A stretch of DNA of 54,401 nt from an uncultured Nitrososphaerota archaeon (lineage in GTDB: Archaea > Asgardarchaeota > Njordarchaeia > Njordarchaeales > Njordarchaeaceae), in contig CAZFGR010000013.1 of the NCBI GenBank assembly GCA_964518475.1, positions 1-54,401 of the forward strand, in the 5' to 3' direction. The number at the start of each line of letters is the position of its first letter. Within the stretch, counting starts at the first letter, position 1. Of the stretch, positions 49,547 through 54,401 are shown one piece after another. The position numbers and the translations under genes are program-made. The notes beneath the pieces are model-generated. The model worked only from the letters and a program-made list of their open reading frames with translations. It ran no database searches and was not told the DNA's origin.

Positions 49547-50926
49547 TTAGACTACAGCAACGAACATTATATCATTCACGTTACTTCCAGTGGGACCCGT
49601 AAATATAACGTCACCAACAGCTTTGAGAAACGTATAGGAATCATTATTAGCCAAATACTCCAAGACATCGAGACCTTTTCCTTTACCTCTATCTACTGTT
49701 GTACTATCTACTAATCCTCCTGCCGCATCAGTTATACCATCAATACCATCAGTGCCTACGGAGGCTATAGCTGTTCCTTCAAGTCCCCGAATTCTTAATG
49801 AGGCTGATAAGGATAGCTCCTGGTTTCTACCACCTTTTCCAGTTCCAGTAACCGTCACTGTTGTTTCCCCTCCCATAATTATCAGTGCTGGTCGTTTCAG
49901 AGGCTTGTCATATTTGTGAATTTCCCTCGCTATCCCCGCTAGAACAGTACCTACGTGGCGAGCTTCTCCCTCTATATGAGTCGAGAGAATGAGTGTATTT
50001 ACGCCCATTTCTCTAGCTTTAGCTTCTGCAGCTTCGCAAGCTATTCGATTATTAGCTATGATTATGTTATGAACTTTTTCAAATATCTTATCACCAGGCT
50101 TTGGAGTTTCGGGAATTTCACCTTTTAGTCCCTTCTCAATTCTTTTTCTTACGTTTTCAGGCACCTTATCGAGGATACCATAGAATTTCAAAACTCTGTA
50201 AGCATCCTCGAAGGTTGTAGTATCAGGAGCTGTTGGTCCCGAGGCTATCGTATCCAATGGATCACCAACCACATCAGATATCACAAGAGCTACTGTAGTG
50301 GCCGGATAACAAGCTCTAGCTAGTTGCCCACCTTTAAAAGCAGAAATATGTTTCCTCACAGCATTAATTTCATTAATAGTGGCTCCGCATTTGAGCAACA
50401 AATCAGTAGTGATCTTCATTTCCTCTAATGTAATAGGTTCTGCTGGTTTAGGCATTAAAGCTGATCCGCCTCCAGATATAAGCACTATTACCAAGTCATC
50501 CTCGTCCGCTCTTTTTGCGATTTCCAACATTTCTTCAACGCCATGCATTCCGTTCTCATCAGGAATCGGATGCGATGCCCCCACTAACTTTATCCTTTGA
50601 ACCCTAAAGTTCTTTTCAGTACCTTTCAGCACATTAACGACTCCTCCAGATATTCTATCTCCAAGGACCTCCTCCATTGCTTCAGCCATTGCCCCACTAG
50701 CTTTACCGCCGCCTATCACATAGATATTTCGTATTTTATCTAAATCGAATTCCTTTCCAGCTATCACGAGTTTATTATCGCTGATCATAACATTTCTTTT
50801 CACTGTGTGCCTAGGATCAACCGCTATTAACGCGGCCTCTAATGCTTGGAGAATTATTTCTCTTGCTTGTTTATCTTTGTCGTTTCTGGCGGAGGCTAAC
50901 AGTTCCTCGTAATTTTTAACAAACAA
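49547..50926 (-). CDS. Glycerate 2-kinase (MOFRL family)
   Basis: GGKAS, SHP.PD, ISGGGSAL, RKH.S..KGG, SDV.GD, GGRNQE, TDG.DG and TGSNVND motifs. Confidence 0.92.
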   Translation of the reverse strand: MFVKNYEELLASARNDKDKQAREIILQALEAALIAVDPRHTVKRNVMISDNKLVIAGKEFDLDKIRNIYVIGGGKASGAMAEAMEEVLGDRISGGVVNVLKGTEKNFRVQRIKLVGASHPIPDENGMHGVEEMLEIAKRADEDDLVIVLISGGGSALMPKPAEPITLEEMKITTDLLLKCGATINEINAVRKHISAFKGGQLARACYPATTVALVISDVVGDPLDTIASGPTAPDTTTFEDAYRVLKFYGILDKVPENVRKRIEKGLKGEIPETPKPGDKIFEKVHNIIIANNRIACEAAEAKAREMGVNTLILSTHIEGEARHVGTVLAGIAREIHKYDKPLKRPALIIMGGETTVTVTGTGKGGRNQELSLSASLRIRGLEGTAIASVGTDGIDGITDAAGGLVDSTTVDRGKGKGLDVLEYLANNDSYTFLKAVGDVIFTGPTGSNVNDIMFVAVV

Positions 50927-50969
50927 GTTTCAGCACCTTGCGAATATTCCCGCCTAAAAAAGAATATTT

Positions 50970-52637
50970 TTATGGGATTCTCCAAATAGCACCTTTGCTG
51001 GCTGATTCCGCTATATGGGCATATAATCTAAGATAGCCCTTTTTCACTTTCGGTTTGGGTGGTTTCCATCTTTTTCTGCGCTCCTCAAGCTCTTCTGGAG
51101 GAACTTCAAGCTCTAATTTTCTACTAGGAATATCTATAGATATTATATCTCCATCCTTAACTAGTGCTATTGGTCCACCATCCATAGCTTCTGGGGAAAC
51201 ATGACCTATGCACGGGCCTCTAGTGGCTCCAGAGAACCTACCATCTGTAACGAGTGCAACGCTTTTTTCTAGTCCTGCTCCTACTACTGCTGATGTTGCT
51301 GCTAGCATTTCTCTCATTCCGGGACCTCCCTTCGGTCCTTCATATCTGATTACAATTACTTGTCCCTTCTCTATCTCCCCATCTATAATAGCTTTTACCG
51401 CGTCCTCTTCCCTGTCAAATACTCTTGCCTCGCCCTTGAATTTGAGCATTTCTGGTGCAACTGCTGACTGTTTAACCACAGCACCTTCTGGAGCTAAAGA
51501 GCCCCAAAGAATAGCGATACCTCCTTCTTTGCTATAGGGTCTCTCCCTTGGTCGAATAACATCGTGATCTCTAACAACGGTATTCTTCAACAGATCCTTT
51601 AGTTTCTTTCCAGTAACTGTTAATACATCAGTATTGAGTAGAGGCTCAAGCTCCTTCATAACTCCCAAAACTCCACCTGCCCTGTGAAGATCCTCCATGA
51701 AGTGAGGCCCTGCCGGATTTATCTTTGCTAGTACTGGTGTTGTCTTACTTATTTCATCAAAATCGTTAAGATCCAGCTTTATTCCAGCCTCGTTAGCGAT
51801 CGCCATTAAGTGAAGAACAGAGTTTGTAGAACCACCTAAAGCCATATCTACTCTCATAGCATTCTCGATAGATTCCCTAGTCACAATGTCTTTCGGCTTT
51901 ATATCATGCTCCAATAGGTACATTATCTGCCTACCAGCTTCACGAGCAATTCGATACCTCTCCGCAGAAACTGCTGGAGCAGTACCTGATCCCGGAAGAG
52001 ACATTCCAAGGGCTTCTATTAGAACAGCCATAGTATTTGCCGTGTATAGTCCAGCACATGATCCAGGCCCTGGAAGTGCATTATTTTCTAGCTCTTTCAC
52101 GTCCTCCTCACTTAATTCGCCTCTTTTTATCTTGGGAATAGCCTCGAACAAATGATTTATCGCTACTCTCTGCCCCTTCCAGTAACCCGCTAACATGCAT
52201 CCTCCAGTAACTATTATTGAGGGTATGCTTAATCGAAGGGCCGCCATTAACATTCCCGGTTCTATCTTGTCGCACGAAGCTATGAGAACCATCGCATCAA
52301 ATTGGTGAGCCTCTATCATCAATTCTATCGATGCAGCAATAATTTCTCGACTAGGAAGTGGAGTCCTCATTCCCTCGTGACCCATTGCTATACCATCACA
52401 TATAGCAATTGTGTTAAACTCTAGGGGTGTTCCTCCAGCTTCCTTGATACCTAATTTCACAGCTTGCGCGATTTTGTCCAAATGAACATGGCCTGGAACA
52501 ATTTCATTCCAAGAATTAACCACAGCTACTAATGGCCTCTCTAAATCATCATCCGTTAATCCAGCAGCCTTAAAAAGGGCTCTATGTGGAAGACGATCAA
52601 TTCCTTTTTTTACTTTATCACTACGCATTTTTCTCAA
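50970..52637 (-). CDS. ilvD: Dihydroxy-acid dehydratase (IlvD/Edd family)
   Basis: [50 protein letters not shown] and GHVSPEA motifs. Confidence 0.92.
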   Translation of the reverse strand: MRKMRSDKVKKGIDRLPHRALFKAAGLTDDDLERPLVAVVNSWNEIVPGHVHLDKIAQAVKLGIKEAGGTPLEFNTIAICDGIAMGHEGMRTPLPSREIIAASIELMIEAHQFDAMVLIASCDKIEPGMLMAALRLSIPSIIVTGGCMLAGYWKGQRVAINHLFEAIPKIKRGELSEEDVKELENNALPGPGSCAGLYTANTMAVLIEALGMSLPGSGTAPAVSAERYRIAREAGRQIMYLLEHDIKPKDIVTRESIENAMRVDMALGGSTNSVLHLMAIANEAGIKLDLNDFDEISKTTPVLAKINPAGPHFMEDLHRAGGVLGVMKELEPLLNTDVLTVTGKKLKDLLKNTVVRDHDVIRPRERPYSKEGGIAILWGSLAPEGAVVKQSAVAPEMLKFKGEARVFDREEDAVKAIIDGEIEKGQVIVIRYEGPKGGPGMREMLAATSAVVGAGLEKSVALVTDGRFSGATRGPCIGHVSPEAMDGGPIALVKDGDIISIDIPSRKLELEVPPEELEERRKRWKPPKPKVKKGYLRLYAHIAESASKGAIWRIP

Positions 52638-52744
52638 CTCAAATTAGTTAAAAAGTTACCAACTCCCCATAAAATTATAAAAAATACTGACCCAAATTGT
52701 AATGGAGTTATTATGTTAAAAGCTTTAATCCTCTGCGTCTCACT

Positions 52745-53743
52745 TTACGCTTCGCTACTCATCTCCTCTCCCAAAGACTCATGCTTTATCTTGCTTATTA
52801 TGAAAGACACTACGAAGGACAGTATTAGGATTGTGAAGACTATCGCTAAAGAAAGCACTATTGGGATTTCGAAACCTAGGAAAGAGAGAATCATTTTAAC
52901 GCCTAAGTACGCTAATAAAATGCCAAGACCCACGTGGAGATATTCTAGGCGTCTTATGAGAAGAGCTATAAACATATAGAGAGCTCTCAATCCCAGAATC
53001 GCTAAGATATTAGAGGTATATGCTATGAAGAAATCAGTGGTTATAGCTAGAACCGCTGGAACAGAGTCTACTGCAAATATAACGTCCGTAGTTTCTATAG
53101 CTAAGAGAACAACTATTAAAGGTGTAAATCGGATAGCACCGTTTTCTCTAACAATGAAATGCGAGCCATAATACCTCGGAGTAATAGGCAGAATTCTGCG
53201 AGCAAGTCTAACGATGGGATTTCTCTCTGGATCTACATTTTCTTCTCCCTTTCTGATACTTAACCTGATACCAGAAATTATAAGGATGATACCGAAAACC
53301 ACGATAGTCCAGTGGATTCTTTCGATTAAGTAAATACCCCCAAGAATAAATGCTGCCCTAAAGAGTGCTGCACTTAGAATCCCTATCAAGAGTACTTTGT
53401 GCTGATACCTATACTCAACTCCAAAGTAACTGAAGATCGCGTAGAATACGAACATGTTATCCATACTTAATGACTTTTCTACCAGGAACGCTGCGTAATA
53501 AAGAAGCGCCGGTAAACTACCGTATGCGTATAGGATATAGACTCCGAATAATACTCCTGTTAGAATCCATATGATTGTCATTATTAGTGTTTCCTTGATT
53601 GTCGGATCTCTATCCTCGTGCTCTAGCGTTAGAATATCAATGATGATCATTATGATTATGATTACATGAAACACTATCCAGAACCATAGGGGCGGATGAG
53701 GTATCGAAGCATCAGTGCCATGAGCCAACATCGTCACCAACAT
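52745..53743 (-). CDS. TerC/Alx-family metal homeostasis membrane protein
   Basis: EKSLSMDN, QHKVL..GI..A..FR, E.TD..FAVDS.PA and SNILAILGLR motifs. Confidence 0.92.
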   Translation of the reverse strand: MLVTMLAHGTDASIPHPPLWFWIVFHVIIIIMIIIDILTLEHEDRDPTIKETLIMTIIWILTGVLFGVYILYAYGSLPALLYYAAFLVEKSLSMDNMFVFYAIFSYFGVEYRYQHKVLLIGILSAALFRAAFILGGIYLIERIHWTIVVFGIILIISGIRLSIRKGEENVDPERNPIVRLARRILPITPRYYGSHFIVRENGAIRFTPLIVVLLAIETTDVIFAVDSVPAVLAITTDFFIAYTSNILAILGLRALYMFIALLIRRLEYLHVGLGILLAYLGVKMILSFLGFEIPIVLSLAIVFTILILSFVVSFIISKIKHESLGEEMSSEA

Positions 53744-54049
53744 TCTTTTTAATGAAAAATGTAGTTAAGTCTAAATTCTTCAAACACATACTTAAAGCCT
53801 TTACTCGTTATTCTAATTTCTTATACTCTACCCATATACCTTCTTTATTTCTCATCAATTCGTAATAAATAAATTCTTTTGAAAGTAGCCGATGAAACTC
53901 TCTTATACAAGGAATTAAAGGTCTCTTAAAGACATACTCAGTATTTGAAGGCAACTCTCAGTTTTTAACTCCTATTAATCTTTAATGAAAAGATGGCTTT
54001 GTTTCAAATTTATCTCTTCTCTCAGCCTAGTTCTTGCCAGTTAACGCCT

Positions 54050-54401
54050 TTCTCGTGACTTTGTGGCGGGGGCGCCTTTATAGGTATTATAGCCGTATTA
54101 CTTGCGACCCCATGAAAAAGGAGCCCCCCGATGCAAATATGTTGGCTCGGCAAGTTTATAATTGTTAAGGCCATTTATAAGCTGGCTAAGAAGAGTTTGC
54201 CGAGCCAAGGAAGGAAGAGAGGGCCGAAGATGTATATTACGGCCTCAAAGATAGCCGTTCTGGCATGGGTAGTCCTCAGCCACCAGAGCTGTAGACGAGC
54301 ACTAGACGACCTTAAAGGACTCAGCATGTACAGGAGAATCTGTCTAGAAAGAGTGCCGAGCCCGGCCTCGGTGAGTAGGTGGAAGGAGACTCTCCTGGCA
54401 A
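54050..54401 (+). mobile_element. Left end of an insertion sequence with truncated DDE transposase (ORF 54131..>54401)
   Basis: GC rises abruptly near 54040. An AAGGAG SD precedes MQICWLGKFIIVKAIYKLAKKSLPSQGRKRGPKMY...RRALDDL...ERVPSPASVSRWKE, matching the N-terminal pattern (RGP..Y; VPS.ST.SR) of IS4/IS5-like transposases. Left boundary approximate; the window ends inside the element. Confidence 0.65.

Noticed and set aside
53744-54000. yybP-ykoY Mn riboswitch upstream of TerC/Alx
   Set aside because: A GAGACCTTT is present on the minus strand, but the GGGGAGUAG core is not, and a TATA-like TTTAAG near 53790 implies a short leader.

Overview
Gene-dense, AT-rich prokaryotic DNA that looks archaeal. 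It has GGTG(A)/GAGG Shine-Dalgarno motifs, frequent GTG/TTG starts, an archaeal ATP-dependent ligase, a protein-disulfide oxidoreductase, a stand-alone FMN-binding glutamate synthase domain, a split class I fumarase and a box C/D sRNA. The E/K/R/I-rich proteins suggest a thermophile. An N-terminal longin-like protein, a Tubby/LURP-one-like protein and very large FtsX permeases suggest an Asgard-related lineage (inference only). About 40 CDS are supported: two MacB/LolD-type ABC exporter modules, a large GNAT fusion, a divergent subtilase plus FG-GAP propeller pair, and OPT/MFS/ZIP/TerC transporters. The window also has an HD phosphohydrolase, a GT4, a PAPS-reductase-like protein, stomatin plus NfeD, a VapBC pair, glycerate kinase and IlvD. 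A DNA-repair-rich block contains DUF72-(SDH)-NurA-solo HAS barrel-HerA on the minus strand and lig-Mre11/SbcD-Rad50/SbcC on the plus strand. A transposase begins at the right edge. The most notable observations are (1) a longin plus alpha-solenoid protein, (2) a bacterial-type NurA/HAS/HerA and SbcCD resection locus with a PIP-box-bearing DUF72, (3) a SAMHD1-like HD enzyme with a remodelled deoxyribose pocket, (4) an unannotated double-guide C/D sRNA whose guides appear to flank the 23S sarcin-ricin loop, and (5) a Cys-rich Lrp regulator divergent from the PDO with nested palindromes between them. No tRNA, rRNA or CRISPR array was seen. All family calls come from motif recognition by eye; no searches were run.
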